A stretch of 40,000 nucleotides of DNA from Sulfurospirillum multivorans DSM 12446 (GCF_000568815.1 NZ_CP007201.1:1705654-1745653), one strand, 5' to 3'; counted from the stretch's first letter, positions 1 through 9,943 are shown. Made by a program: numbers and translations. Notes: generated by a model not told the origin, from the sequence alone.

Positions 1-1
1 T

Positions 2-1099
2 TCACTATCTGCTACGGCCACTTACATTTGCCCCAACGGTGGCACACTATCAGGCACTACATGTAACAACACCACAACCGTAGCTCCATCATGCCCAACA
101 GGCTATACCCATGACGGCTTAGGCAAATGTTACGCCAATCCTACATGCCCTTCAAGCGGTTCTTTTGATGGCAATCTTGACATGTGTTGGCTCTCTTTTA
201 ATAAATCATGCACAATGGGTACTTATGATGCAACTTCCAATTCTTGCCTCAATGAACCAATCTGTGATGGCGGTGCACTCAATACTACACTCGACAAATG
301 CCAAATGTCTCGCGAAATTGTTTGCGCGCAGGGTACCAAAGATACTACAACAGGGAAATGTACGTTCACCGCTACTTGCCAAAGCGGAGCAACCCTACTT
401 ATATCAGGATGTAACACTGAAGCAATCCCATTGACATGCCCAAGTGGTACAGACACTACACTTGATGTATGTTATAGCGATGTGAACGCATGTAAAGTTG
501 ATAGCACTTACCCAAAAGTTTCAACGCTCACCTATAGTGATGCGCTGAATATCTGCATCGTTGATGAAAATGTTGTATGCGCCTCATCGCTCACATGGTC
601 GGAACTCTATCAAAAATGTGAAGCCGTGCCTATCTGTTATAACGGTATGTACAACCCCGAAAACGATTTCTGCTACATATCCACTAAAGAATGTCCTATT
701 AATGCAGCCTATCCGTGCAATGGACCTATTGGCAATCAATGGTGCAGTCCGTATACATGTAACGCTACCACAAATCAATGCGGATATGCAGAATGTCCTG
801 GAGGAATTCAGCCAAGCTTAACTGCGGAGATGAGCCCAAGTTACAATGCAGATTTAGTTTATAGCGCGGCTGATGTCTTATGTACAGATTCTTATTGTAA
901 TTTGGCAAACAGTTCCCGTTTTACTTATTGTGGCTTAGAAGCAGCATGCCCTTCAGGATTTGGTGTGTTTGAGCAAAATGGACAATGTTTTGTCAGGGAA
1001 TGTCCTCAAGATAGCTTTCAAGAAAACAATAAATGTTACTCACTAGGGTGCCCAAAAGGAACAACAGAACAAGGAAACAGTAAATGCCTAGTCAATTAA
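2..1099 (+). CDS. Cys-rich secreted repeat protein, 5' end outside window
   Basis: The frame of track ORF 182..1099 stays open back to base 2. The translation is a run of short Cys-bounded units (ICPNGGTLSGTTC, SCPTGYTHDGLGKC, TCPSSGSFDGNLDMC, TCPSGTDTTLDVC). Its stop overlaps the next gene's start by 16 nt. Confidence 0.6.
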   Translation, partial: SLSATATYICPNGGTLSGTTCNNTTTVAPSCPTGYTHDGLGKCYANPTCPSSGSFDGNLDMCWLSFNKSCTMGTYDATSNSCLNEPICDGGALNTTLDKCQMSREIVCAQGTKDTTTGKCTFTATCQSGATLLISGCNTEAIPLTCPSGTDTTLDVCYSDVNACKVDSTYPKVSTLTYSDALNICIVDENVVCASSLTWSELYQKCEAVPICYNGMYNPENDFCYISTKECPINAAYPCNGPIGNQWCSPYTCNATTNQCGYAECPGGIQPSLTAEMSPSYNADLVYSAADVLCTDSYCNLANSSRFTYCGLEAACPSGFGVFEQNGQCFVRECPQDSFQENNKCYSLGCPKGTTEQGNSKCLVN

Positions 1100-3159
1100 A
1101 GAACAATCAAAAAAAGGTCATTTCTGCATCATTAATGGCTATATTTTGTTTCAATATGCTGATTGCAGATGAAGCATCAATTATTTCAAGGGATAGTTGG
1201 ACATTCAATGAGGTAAATGCTACGGCCTCTGGTGTACCATCAAATCTTAAATTTTTTAAATATTACGACATGTTGCCAGACCAAATTGTTCTACCTATAG
1301 TCAGTAATCGAGATTTAGCTGAACATGAAGGGAAAAATATTTTTATTGGCTATGGCGTTGCAGATCCAAAAGGCGAAGATTGTCGTGTATTTGAAGCAAG
1401 TATTACTGGCTTAGCCAATGATATCAAGGTTTGTTTGCCATGGTGGCGCATTGAAAGAGAATATGAGAAACAAGTTCTCCCAGTCAGTGATGTATTAGGC
1501 TTATTATGTTCGCTACCTACTCCAAAGCCTCCTATCACGGTTAATGTTTGCAAGCAATGGTCATCTGATCTCACTATTAGTACGGGCGGTGGGAAAGTTA
1601 CATGTACAAGCTATTACGATAAATTAGCAGGAGGAGGATGTTGGAGCAACCCTTCTTCCGCTGAATGTTTTGTGAATAATTGCTCACAATACACGCAAGA
1701 GCATTGTGCTCAAGAAGGTGCAAATATGGGTGATGTAACAGAGCTAATTGGTGCCCGTATTGAAAGTACAAATACCTACCAATCAATCGCCACAAAAGTT
1801 AATCTTGTTACCTATCAGTATAAATGTCCAGCAGGAATATTTATACCAAATACAAATTGTGTAGAAGAAGAATCTGTTTTAATGTACCCATACGAGTGTA
1901 AAGCAGATGATCCCAATACAACCACAAATGAAGAGGAATACACATACTGTGATGAATCCAAGGCGCAATACGACGCAAATGGCAAAGTAATTGGTTTCCT
2001 TGGTACATGTAGTGATGGTAAAGCAATTCTTTGTGAAGTAAACAAATTCGCAGCAACTGAGCGACAATGTACGCAAGATATTACACAAAATTATACAAAC
2101 TTAAATTACACACAAGAAGTGAATTATAGAAATTTTGAGGAGTATGAAGTTGCTGTATTATCAGGAGAACCTGACATATATTCTGAAAAAGAGAACTGCC
2201 TTAGAATTAACACTATTGAAGATGCTAGAGACCAACTAATCTATGCAACCATTCAAGGCAACGGTGGCATAGATGATGATATCTATGTTTTAAAACATAA
2301 CCAAGATGGAACTCATTACAAAATATATTGCAACATGCAACACTCATGGAATAATGGGTCAAAAAAAAGTTATAACAACAATATTTTGCAATGTATTGGA
2401 AATAATGGAAATTACTCTTTTAAAGAAAATATCTCGATCGAACCTACAACAATCGTTTCTATTCAGCAAAATACTGAAGCTGAGGACTCATCTCCTTCCC
2501 ATTTTTATGCTCGAATGCACTATGGAGCCACTGAAGTCAAAATAGATGGTACCGTAGCCGCTCCTTCAACTTTTCATGGTCCGATCGGATTTAATGGCTA
2601 TCCTGGAGGCGCAGGAAACACAGGGTATCCACATTGGAATGGAAAAGGACTTCTGAATCTTTGGGATAATTCCACAGCTACTCTTTCTATCATGTTTCCA
2701 TATGCAGGTGCTTACCAATTATTTTTCTATGATAAGAATGGAAATGAAGTTGTTACCCATACCGTTGATACAAGCGACTTTTTAGAGATGGACGGCTCCT
2801 TTATTCAACTAACCAACTTGGGAAGCAAAATGAAATACCGCTCTGATTTTAAATCTGATAGCGATGATGCTTGTCTCAAAGATGATTTTTTAGAAATTGG
2901 AGGAGGTGTTTGGGGTGGAAGAGATTCCAAAACTGGAACAAAAACATGCCAGAATGCCCCTACATCGAACGATTATATTAAAGAGCATGCTATCTATAGC
3001 ATCCTTGTTGTTGACTTGTTGACGGGCAATACAACGCCTATAGAGATGGTTTATCCTTTGGCATATATCAACCGTGTTTTTGTTTCAAAATTAAAAATTT
3101 ACGAAAAAAGAAAATATCGATGTTATAAACCATTCGCGGAGGTTAAAGTTGCTCAATAA
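1084..3159 (+). CDS. Large Cys-rich secreted protein (691 aa), unknown function, co-operonic with the TraN-like gene
   Basis: Long ORF with an N-terminal hydrophobic signal-like segment (VISASLMAIFCFNMLIA) and many Cys. It overlaps both neighbours, which suggests translational coupling. Confidence 0.7.
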   Translation: MPSQLKNNQKKVISASLMAIFCFNMLIADEASIISRDSWTFNEVNATASGVPSNLKFFKYYDMLPDQIVLPIVSNRDLAEHEGKNIFIGYGVADPKGEDCRVFEASITGLANDIKVCLPWWRIEREYEKQVLPVSDVLGLLCSLPTPKPPITVNVCKQWSSDLTISTGGGKVTCTSYYDKLAGGGCWSNPSSAECFVNNCSQYTQEHCAQEGANMGDVTELIGARIESTNTYQSIATKVNLVTYQYKCPAGIFIPNTNCVEEESVLMYPYECKADDPNTTTNEEEYTYCDESKAQYDANGKVIGFLGTCSDGKAILCEVNKFAATERQCTQDITQNYTNLNYTQEVNYRNFEEYEVAVLSGEPDIYSEKENCLRINTIEDARDQLIYATIQGNGGIDDDIYVLKHNQDGTHYKIYCNMQHSWNNGSKKSYNNNILQCIGNNGNYSFKENISIEPTTIVSIQQNTEAEDSSPSHFYARMHYGATEVKIDGTVAAPSTFHGPIGFNGYPGGAGNTGYPHWNGKGLLNLWDNSTATLSIMFPYAGAYQLFFYDKNGNEVVTHTVDTSDFLEMDGSFIQLTNLGSKMKYRSDFKSDSDDACLKDDFLEIGGGVWGGRDSKTGTKTCQNAPTSNDYIKEHAIYSILVVDLLTGNTTPIEMVYPLAYINRVFVSKLKIYEKRKYRCYKPFAEVKVAQ

Positions 3160-5689
3160 AATTCTCTTTATCTCATTCTTCTTATGTTTGCAATTTCTCA
3201 ATGCGGACAGTGGTTATTATGTTTGTTCAAATGATCAAGAATATTTGGACTATAAAAATGGACTTGTCTCTAACCTCGATGGTGCAACCAAATTTTCAAC
3301 AGAGCTATTATGTTCCTACGATTGTAACCAATACGAAGTTTGCAAACCTGAAAAGGTTTATAATACGGAAGTATCACCTATTTTCAATTGTATCGATGCA
3401 ACAAAAGCACAAGAATTGCAAAATTATTTTGCAAATAAAAAATTCCAAACCATCAACTTTAAATCAATGGGCATCCCTTCATGGAGTGTTGATTTTAATG
3501 AAGCTAAAGATGGCTCACAATTCATATTTCCATATGCCTTTGATCTATCGACCAATATGAGCGCATGGGATAACAATGGAACAAGCGTAAAAATTTCCAA
3601 AGATGCAAGCAATTATATCGAGATAATAATGACGATTGAGGGAACTGCCGAACACAATGTTTCAGGAAAAATCTATAAAGGAGATAAAGCCTACTCCATT
3701 AAAGGTGTGATCGGAGGAGAAGCCAGTACAGTTAAATGTGGGCTATTCAATAATACAGGTGAAATGGTATCTTACGAAAATCAATTTGAGCTCGTAACCA
3801 ATGCAAACACGTATTATTGCCCATTGCGAAAATCTGAAAATATCGGTGGGGAGTACAATAGCGGAAGTAATTTTCAAACCCAATCTACATGTAATAGCGC
3901 TTGTACAGTTAAAAATGAATGTGTGCAGGTTGCCGATACTCCATGCAAGCCTATAAATATTGATTATTCACAATATGTGACTGACTATACTGGCAAATCG
4001 GTTGCAACAAAAAGAGCAATTTCTTATGAATGCAATAGCACCGTCACAAAAACGGTAGGTTGTGCAAATTGGAAAGTCATCACAAATCAAGGCACCGTTG
4101 ACGTAAACATGTCAAAAGTTGGTACTTCATTCAAAGAGCGTGCGAATAGCTCAACGGATGCAAGTGTATTATCAAATATGCTTGAAGATCAGTTTCACCT
4201 TTTTACAGGATGGAAAGGTCAGTGTGATCATGGAAAATTGTTCAACAACCCTTTTTCTGATCCTTTTAAATTACTCAGTTACGCAATGATGGTGTATAGT
4301 GCTTCAGCAAAAGTTGAAACATCAACCACAAACGCAGATGGATCTACGACGGTTACGACTGAATATCCAATGGGCGAAACGATGTCGAATGTGCATGATT
4401 CTTTTGATAATGCAACAACAAATTTTCAAAATGGATGGAATGATATTACAAGTAAATTATTAAACTCTGGTTCAACTGCAACGGATTCAGAAATTAATGA
4501 TTATGTAACGCGTGCTGTTTCGACAACAGATTCTTCGAGTGTTGCAGATGCCGCAAGTTCAGGTGTTGTGTCATCTGTAGAAGACATGACAAAAACAATT
4601 AAAGATTATGTCACGTCACCAATTAATACCATTGATGTAGGGTATGGAACAGTAAAAATTTATATTTCAGACTATATCCAACTTGGTATGGCCATGATTC
4701 CAACAAAAGAAGAACTTAAAACTTCATATGACTTTAATCAGGCATGGCTAGGCGATGAAAATGCTGATAGCCAAAGCGTTGCATATGCTACATGTATGGC
4801 ATCTATTGGGCTAAGCTATCCTAACCTCATTAGCTACGTAGCTTCAGATTTGAATGCAACATCAAAAGAATTGAGTTATCCTTATGATAATCCATTAAGA
4901 TTGTCCTACTCACAAATACAATATTTAGCAGGAGCAACGAGTCAAAAATTTGTTGAAAACATGTATGCGTACATCGCCAATAATGCTTCCTCAAGATACG
5001 TAACCGTCATTGCCAAGAATGGTCAAGCATACTATCAAGCAGGTCAAGTGATTTGTGGTGGAAAGATCGCAGTAGCTTCAAATGCAAATAGTGTCTCAAT
5101 AACTACTTCTGATAGCTCTAGCTCTGGAAGTAATATTGGTGAAGCAGTGGCAATGATGGCGGTAAAAAAACTGCTTGCAGCACTCCCTCCTCCATACAAT
5201 ATTATAGCTACTGTTTTACTTGATTTGGTAATGGCATTTGATAGCGTAAATGCGTGCACAAACCTTGAAGATGCAACAAAATTAGGAACTCTACAAATGA
5301 AGACAAATAGGTTTATAAATTACAACCAATGTTATGCAACTGAATCTAAATGCCAAGATAAGTTCCTTGGTAAGTGTATTCTAAATCGCGATTACCATTG
5401 TTGCTATGATCAGATTACAACCAGGATCTTTGCTGAGGGGATTAAAGAACAATTGGGATTAGATTTTAAAGTTTGTAACAATATCACATTAGAGCACTTA
5501 AAGCTAATCAGTTTTAGAAAATGTACAAGCGGTGAGAATGCAAGCACTGATAAATGCTTCCCTGCTGATAAATGGGATGAATATCAAGCGGCAATTACAG
5601 CTCAAGGGGTGACTGGTTTTGATGCAAGTGCATTGGTTCAAACGGGGATTAACTCTTTAGGCGTTACAACTACTTTGCAATGCAAATAA
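3149..5689 (+). CDS. traN: TraN-like mating-pair stabilisation protein (F-type T4SS family), 846 aa
   Basis: TTG start 5 nt after GGAGG, with signal peptide MLNKILFISFFLCLQFLNA. The C-terminal block CILNRDYHCCYDQITTRIFAEGIKEQLGLDFKVC matches my recollection of the conserved F TraN C-terminus (C..KR..YCCFNS.L.RII.EQ...QLG..F). Recognition is from memory, not a search. Confidence 0.6.
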   Translation: MLNKILFISFFLCLQFLNADSGYYVCSNDQEYLDYKNGLVSNLDGATKFSTELLCSYDCNQYEVCKPEKVYNTEVSPIFNCIDATKAQELQNYFANKKFQTINFKSMGIPSWSVDFNEAKDGSQFIFPYAFDLSTNMSAWDNNGTSVKISKDASNYIEIIMTIEGTAEHNVSGKIYKGDKAYSIKGVIGGEASTVKCGLFNNTGEMVSYENQFELVTNANTYYCPLRKSENIGGEYNSGSNFQTQSTCNSACTVKNECVQVADTPCKPINIDYSQYVTDYTGKSVATKRAISYECNSTVTKTVGCANWKVITNQGTVDVNMSKVGTSFKERANSSTDASVLSNMLEDQFHLFTGWKGQCDHGKLFNNPFSDPFKLLSYAMMVYSASAKVETSTTNADGSTTVTTEYPMGETMSNVHDSFDNATTNFQNGWNDITSKLLNSGSTATDSEINDYVTRAVSTTDSSSVADAASSGVVSSVEDMTKTIKDYVTSPINTIDVGYGTVKIYISDYIQLGMAMIPTKEELKTSYDFNQAWLGDENADSQSVAYATCMASIGLSYPNLISYVASDLNATSKELSYPYDNPLRLSYSQIQYLAGATSQKFVENMYAYIANNASSRYVTVIAKNGQAYYQAGQVICGGKIAVASNANSVSITTSDSSSSGSNIGEAVAMMAVKKLLAALPPPYNIIATVLLDLVMAFDSVNACTNLEDATKLGTLQMKTNRFINYNQCYATESKCQDKFLGKCILNRDYHCCYDQITTRIFAEGIKEQLGLDFKVCNNITLEHLKLISFRKCTSGENASTDKCFPADKWDEYQAAITAQGVTGFDASALVQTGINSLGVTTTLQCK

Positions 5690-5737
5690 TTTTAAGAATA
5701 AAATAGTGTAAAATATGAAAAATTTATGGAGTGAAAA

Positions 5738-6073
5738 ATGGTAAATCACAAAAATACAATATTTTTTCTGTTGATGGCATTAACATGTTTTATAACAGGA
5801 TGCACCACAAAATCAAAGGTTGTGGATGGACAGAGGTATACGCAAACATTTGGTTCTAATGAATGGCAGTATGCAGGCGAAGCGAAACCTGTGGAGAATA
5901 ATTCTTCTAAACCTGAAGAATCAGTTGGATATGTAGCAGGGCAAATTGCCGGTGCCCTCGTTACTACAGGTGCTCATATTATCACTTCACCGATTAGGGC
6001 AGTCGAAACCGTCTCAAAAACTGACTCAAATTCATCAAAAACTACTACAGAAAAAAGTGAGAATTACAAATGA
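5738..6073 (+). CDS. Small lipoprotein
   Basis: RBS GGAG precedes the ATG. Signal peptide with lipobox (LMALTCFITG-C). The stop overlaps the next start (ATGA). Confidence 0.7.
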   Translation: MVNHKNTIFFLLMALTCFITGCTTKSKVVDGQRYTQTFGSNEWQYAGEAKPVENNSSKPEESVGYVAGQIAGALVTTGAHIITSPIRAVETVSKTDSNSSKTTTEKSENYK

Positions 6074-6615
6074 ATCTAAAGAAAATTGCCCTACTCTCGT
6101 CAGCGCTCTTAGCCTCTCTTTCCTTTGCAGAAACAAAAGTTGATTACGTTCTAATTAACCCAGATGATTTGCCAAAAAATCAATACGCATTCACATTCCA
6201 GCTCGAAAGAAATGGAGAGATAATTGCAGGTTCAAGCGTAATTTTTTCTTCAAAAAAACCTTCTTCAATAAAAGGCGGAGGAACTGGCGCAGCAACAAAG
6301 ATGTACTATTACAATTGCACTAATGGGGATAGAGATTCAAAACCCTACAGTCAGACAGTTTTAATTAATGACTACCCAACATTAGAATGTCTTGCTAAAG
6401 ATAATGGTGATGCTACATGTACTGTAAAACTTTATAATGCGAAAGATCAAAATGCCCTTGCTTTTGAGGAGTCAAAAAAGAAAAGTTGCAAAGAAGTTGA
6501 ACCAATTATTCATATTCAAGAATTTACACTGAATTTGAAAGAAACGGATAAAAATGGTGTAAAAGATTTTGGTAATGGCTACAAATTACAATATGCTTAT
6601 GGAGGGGAGCGTTAG
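6070..6615 (+). CDS. Secreted protein (181 aa); last codons replaced by IS256-family insertion
   Basis: Signal peptide MNLKKIALLSSALLASLSFA. The IS left end lies at 6605, so the present C-terminus ..YGGER* is read from IS sequence. Removing the IS and one TSD copy restores ..YGEFK*. Confidence 0.7.
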   Translation: MNLKKIALLSSALLASLSFAETKVDYVLINPDDLPKNQYAFTFQLERNGEIIAGSSVIFSSKKPSSIKGGGTGAATKMYYYNCTNGDRDSKPYSQTVLINDYPTLECLAKDNGDATCTVKLYNAKDQNALAFEESKKKSCKEVEPIIHIQEFTLNLKETDKNGVKDFGNGYKLQYAYGGER

Positions 6616-7915
6616 AAAATCTGTGTCAATCTGGTAGTATTTCAAATACACAAGGATTGAAAGATGGAAATACAGATAGACACAGAGACAATATTACAGC
6701 ACATACGTGAGGGTAAAGCCCTTGGTGGGAAAGATGGAGCACTTGCTCCTCTTATTAAACAACTGACAGAAGCAGCACTCCAAGCAGAGATAGAATCGCA
6801 CCTTACCCAAGATTTGCAAAAGAATCGTAAAAATGGGTTTAGCTCTAAAACAATGAAGAGTGAAGTAGGTAACTTCGAACTCGATGTTCCAAGAGATCGA
6901 ACCGGTACATTCGAGCCTCAAATCGTGAAGAAAAATCAGACCCATATGTCGGATCAAATAGAACAAAAGATACTTTCACTGTATGCTCTTGGGAACAGTT
7001 ATAGCCAAATAGCAGATCATATAGAAGAGATTTATGGAGTGGGCTTCTCTAAAGCCACGATAAGTGCTGTAACGGATAAAATCCTACCGATGTTGCACGA
7101 GTGGCGCATTCGTCCCTTGGATGCACTTTATCCCTTTATTTTCATGGATGCTATTCACTATAAAGTGAAAGAGGAAGGCAAATATATTTCCAAAGCATTT
7201 TATACGGTGCTTGGTGTGAAAACCGATGGTAGAAAAGAGGTTCTAGGACTTTATTTGGGTGAAAATGAGGGAGCGAAGTTTTGGCTACATGTTTTAACTG
7301 ACCTTCAAAACCGTGGGGTTAACGATATTCTTATTGCCTCCGTTGATGGACTTAAAGGCTTTCCTGAGGCTATAAACTCAGTATTTCCTCATACGGAGGT
7401 TCAGTTGTGCATCGTCCATCAAATACGCAATTCCATACGATTTGTAGGTTCACTCCATCAAAAACAATTTGCCAGTGAGCTAAAAGCCGTGTATCAGGCA
7501 TTTTCCAAAGAAGAGGCTGAAAATGAACTGGATAAACTTGAAGAAAAATGGGGTAAAAAATACCCTATCGTCTTTACTTCTTGGCGTAATAAATGGGAAA
7601 ACCTCTCACTCTATTTTCAGTATCCTGAAGATATTAGAAGAGTCATTTATACCACTAATATCATCGAATCAGTGCATCGCCAATTTAGAACCCTCACAAA
7701 GACTAAAGGCGCTTTCCCAAATGATGATAGCTTACTCAAATTATTGTTTATGGGAATCAAAAATGCAGAAAAAAAATGGACAATGCCGATACGAAATTGG
7801 AGTCTAACCCTCTCACAACTCTCGATTCATTTCGAGGGCAGACTCAACAACGCTTTAAATTTATGATACAATTTTAGGAGCTACTGGATGCTGACACAGA
7901 TTTCTGAACACTCCC
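6605..7915 (+). mobile_element. IS256-family insertion sequence (1311 bp) with 8-bp TSD TTATGGAG
   Basis: IRL GGGAGCGTTAGAAAATCTGTGTCA (6605-6628) matches the reverse complement of 7892-7915 (GGGAGTGTTCAGAAATCTGTGTCA) at 20 of 24 positions. Direct repeat TTATGGAG lies at 6597-6604 and 7916-7923. A single mutator-type transposase gene sits inside. Confidence 0.9.
6664..7866 (+). CDS. IS256-family (mutator-type) transposase, 400 aa
   Basis: Characteristic blocks: FPQIVKK-like N-terminus (FEPQIVKKNQ), IFMDAIHYKV, LGLYLGENEGAKFW, ASVDGLKGF, QLCIVHQIRNS, IYTTNIIES. Confidence 0.95.
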   Translation: MEIQIDTETILQHIREGKALGGKDGALAPLIKQLTEAALQAEIESHLTQDLQKNRKNGFSSKTMKSEVGNFELDVPRDRTGTFEPQIVKKNQTHMSDQIEQKILSLYALGNSYSQIADHIEEIYGVGFSKATISAVTDKILPMLHEWRIRPLDALYPFIFMDAIHYKVKEEGKYISKAFYTVLGVKTDGRKEVLGLYLGENEGAKFWLHVLTDLQNRGVNDILIASVDGLKGFPEAINSVFPHTEVQLCIVHQIRNSIRFVGSLHQKQFASELKAVYQAFSKEEAENELDKLEEKWGKKYPIVFTSWRNKWENLSLYFQYPEDIRRVIYTTNIIESVHRQFRTLTKTKGAFPNDDSLLKLLFMGIKNAEKKWTMPIRNWSLTLSQLSIHFEGRLNNALNL

Positions 7916-7954
7916 TTATGGAGAGTTCAAATAACGTCACCCCAAGAGTCTTAG

Positions 7955-7970
7955 CCCCTCTTGCGAGGGG
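7955..7970 (+). terminator. GC-rich hairpin CCCCTC-ttgc-GAGGGG downstream of the reconstructed plus-strand operon end
   Basis: Perfect 6-bp GC stem in AT-rich DNA between convergent operons, but only a weak T-tract follows. Confidence 0.35.
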
Positions 7971-8071
7971 AAGCTTTAATAAGCTCTTGTAATCAAGCAA
8001 ATTAATGCTATAATCACAACTAAGAGTTTTAGAAGCAAACTTAATCACCTCGTTCCGAGGTCTCAAATTTG

Positions 8072-8097
8072 CCCTAAGAGGTTGCTGCCTCTTGGGG
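8072..8097 (-). terminator. Hairpin CCCTAAGAGG-ttgctg-CCTCTTGGGG downstream of the minus-strand operon
   Basis: Stem pairs at 9 of 10 positions. On the minus strand it is followed by CAAATTT. A second hairpin, ACCTCG-ttc-CGAGGT, lies at 8047-8061. Confidence 0.35.
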
Positions 8098-8198
8098 CAT
8101 AACCTCTTTATTATTCTACCTTTTGTGTCTTTAAACTTTCATCATTTTTTACTAGCAGATCGGAATGGATGCTCAACGCCGCCATGAGTTCAATGAAA

Positions 8199-9053
8199 TC
8201 ACTTCGTTTTGTACATCTTTACTTTGTCACCGACATTAAGCGATGAAAACGTTGTATTATCTCCAAGTGGCCACACGGAACCTTCAGCTTCTTTTTCCGC
8301 GCCCATCCCACATTTTTGCTTTTTCACACGTATGAAAAACTTTCCATTGTCAATCTTATAAGTTTCACCAAATACATGGCACTCTATTCCTTTTATATTT
8401 TGAAAGGAAAATTCCATGATCTGCGAAGCTAATTTTTGAGTGTCATAGTTTGTTAGTACAGTTGCCTCCACTGTTTCGGAATCAAAATAATCTCTAAAGG
8501 CATTTTGATCGCCACAGTTAAAGGCTCTTACGGCTTGAACAAATTTGGTATATGTATCTTCTGAACTCTTAAAAGAAGAATATTTCATAGAAATCAAGTA
8601 CCCCCATTCTTGTGTCGTACTAGCTTCTCTGGACTCTTCCACTGTCATCTTTGAAAGGTCATTTGTACAATGCTTCATCATATACAAATCAACCATTGCT
8701 GAAGCCGCGCTAGGTATTGATGCATAAAAAATCACAAGTGTATGGTAAATTGGATCGTCAATATCTACACGAAACGGATAAATCGTGCTCTCTTGAAGCA
8801 TTTTGATAAATGGCTCATCTGAATTTTTAATAAGCTCTTTATCCGCTTCAGATGCTTTACCTTTAGCTAGTCTTTCAACCGCCTCATTGAGGTTTTTCAT
8901 TTCTTGTGTTGGTTTTGATACCTTTTCATCAAGGCCTTTTGCTACTTCTTTAACAAGTGGATTATCCGTTTTGCTTGCCTCAACCGTTGTCTCGCTCGCA
9001 TACAATCCCATAGCCGTAAAAACGGCTACGAGTGTTAAGATTAGTGTTTTCAT
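8199..9053 (-). CDS. Secreted protein (284 aa), last gene of nine-gene operon; combines both shared modules of the operon
   Basis: AGGAG RBS and signal peptide MKTLILTLVAVFTAMGLYA. Its middle resembles the 158-aa protein (DLY..C[ST]N, NCG[DS]..xxRxxF). Its C-terminus (GSVWPLGDN...LNVGDKVKMYK) resembles the C-termini of the 167- and 132-aa proteins. Confidence 0.75.
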   Translation of the reverse strand: MKTLILTLVAVFTAMGLYASETTVEASKTDNPLVKEVAKGLDEKVSKPTQEMKNLNEAVERLAKGKASEADKELIKNSDEPFIKMLQESTIYPFRVDIDDPIYHTLVIFYASIPSAASAMVDLYMMKHCTNDLSKMTVEESREASTTQEWGYLISMKYSSFKSSEDTYTKFVQAVRAFNCGDQNAFRDYFDSETVEATVLTNYDTQKLASQIMEFSFQNIKGIECHVFGETYKIDNGKFFIRVKKQKCGMGAEKEAEGSVWPLGDNTTFSSLNVGDKVKMYKTK

Positions 9054-9062
9054 GGTTTACTC

Positions 9063-9566
9063 CTAATTTTTGGTATTTTTTTGCACTTGTGTCGATGAGC
9101 TAAGTGCTTTTTTTAGTTGGTCACCGTCTTTTGCTTCGCGTTCAGGTTTAAAAACGATTTTAACTTTTGTGCCTACAGTAAGGTTTTTTGCACCAATATT
9201 TCCAAATTCATCATAGAGCCACCCTTCAGTTTCTTTAACGGTGTTATCGCAAGAAAGATTTCTTACTCTCGCTTTAACTCTTATGGAATTTTGATCTTGT
9301 GGTTCAGTCTCCCCATTTAATAATCTTGCTGCTTTTTCATATTTTTGATTGTATGATAAACCATCATCATCTACATTTGTTGCTTCCAGCCCAACGATAC
9401 ATTGCTTATTGTTGATTTGAGCTTCAACAAAAATAGGTACTGTATTAGTTTTGCCGAGTTCTTTAAAATCAGCACCATATTTGACTGTACCGTCTACGAA
9501 CATTTCGCTTGCGAGGGCAAGAGTACTGGTTAGGACTAAAATTGAGAGTAAAATGACTTTTTTCAT
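9063..9566 (-). CDS. Secreted protein (167 aa), paralog of 11526..11924
   Basis: Signal peptide MKKVILLSILVLTSTLALA with GAAGGA RBS. Shares VDGTVKYG, VPIFVE and TEGWLYDEFGNIG..LTVGTKVKIVFKPE with the 132-aa protein. Confidence 0.8.
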   Translation of the reverse strand: MKKVILLSILVLTSTLALASEMFVDGTVKYGADFKELGKTNTVPIFVEAQINNKQCIVGLEATNVDDDGLSYNQKYEKAARLLNGETEPQDQNSIRVKARVRNLSCDNTVKETEGWLYDEFGNIGAKNLTVGTKVKIVFKPEREAKDGDQLKKALSSSTQVQKNTKN

Positions 9567-9643
9567 AGTTTTTCCTTCATAAATTTAATTTTGATTGACC
9601 ACTAATTGGCAACACCTTTTCTGTTAGAAAATTAACTTTCTTA

Positions 9644-9934
9644 TTACATGCTCATTTTTGCGATATACCCTATACCAAAAACAAATAGAGGCTTGGCTGT
9701 AATCTCTAAAATGGTATCAAGAATAGTGTTGTTGATAAAACCATCTTCTCCTAAAGAAGAGCATTTATTGACAGTAACTTTTTCTTCAAAAAAGAATAAA
9801 GAGATCATATACAGACCAAGCACCTGAAAAAATGATAGGTTTGGTCCAAGAACACCAGCACCAAACCAACCCCATAAAAGCCAAATAACCAAACCATTAC
9901 ACAATGCCTTCAGAATAAATTTAATTGTTTCCAC
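9644..9934 (-). CDS. Small integral membrane protein (96 aa)
   Basis: GTG start. Hydrophobic helices (LVIWLLWGWFGAGVLG, VLGLYMISLFFF, PLFVFGIGYIA). Lies in the operon 9 nt after the upstream stop. Confidence 0.6.
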   Translation of the reverse strand: METIKFILKALCNGLVIWLLWGWFGAGVLGPNLSFFQVLGLYMISLFFFEEKVTVNKCSSLGEDGFINNTILDTILEITAKPLFVFGIGYIAKMSM

Positions 9935-9943
9935 TCGATTACC

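Noticed and set aside
165-5259. Many short track ORFs nested in or antisense to the three large Cys-rich genes (for example 165..434, 223..456, 561..821, 1350..1574, 1815..2088, 2306..2545, 3201..3560, 5044..5259)
   Set aside because: All lie inside much longer, coherent ORFs, lack RBSs, and have shadow-frame composition.
7881-8066. 61-aa minus-strand ORF in the region between the convergent operons
   Set aside because: It overlaps the IS right end and the GC-rich terminator-like hairpins, has no RBS, and its sequence is driven by the palindromes.
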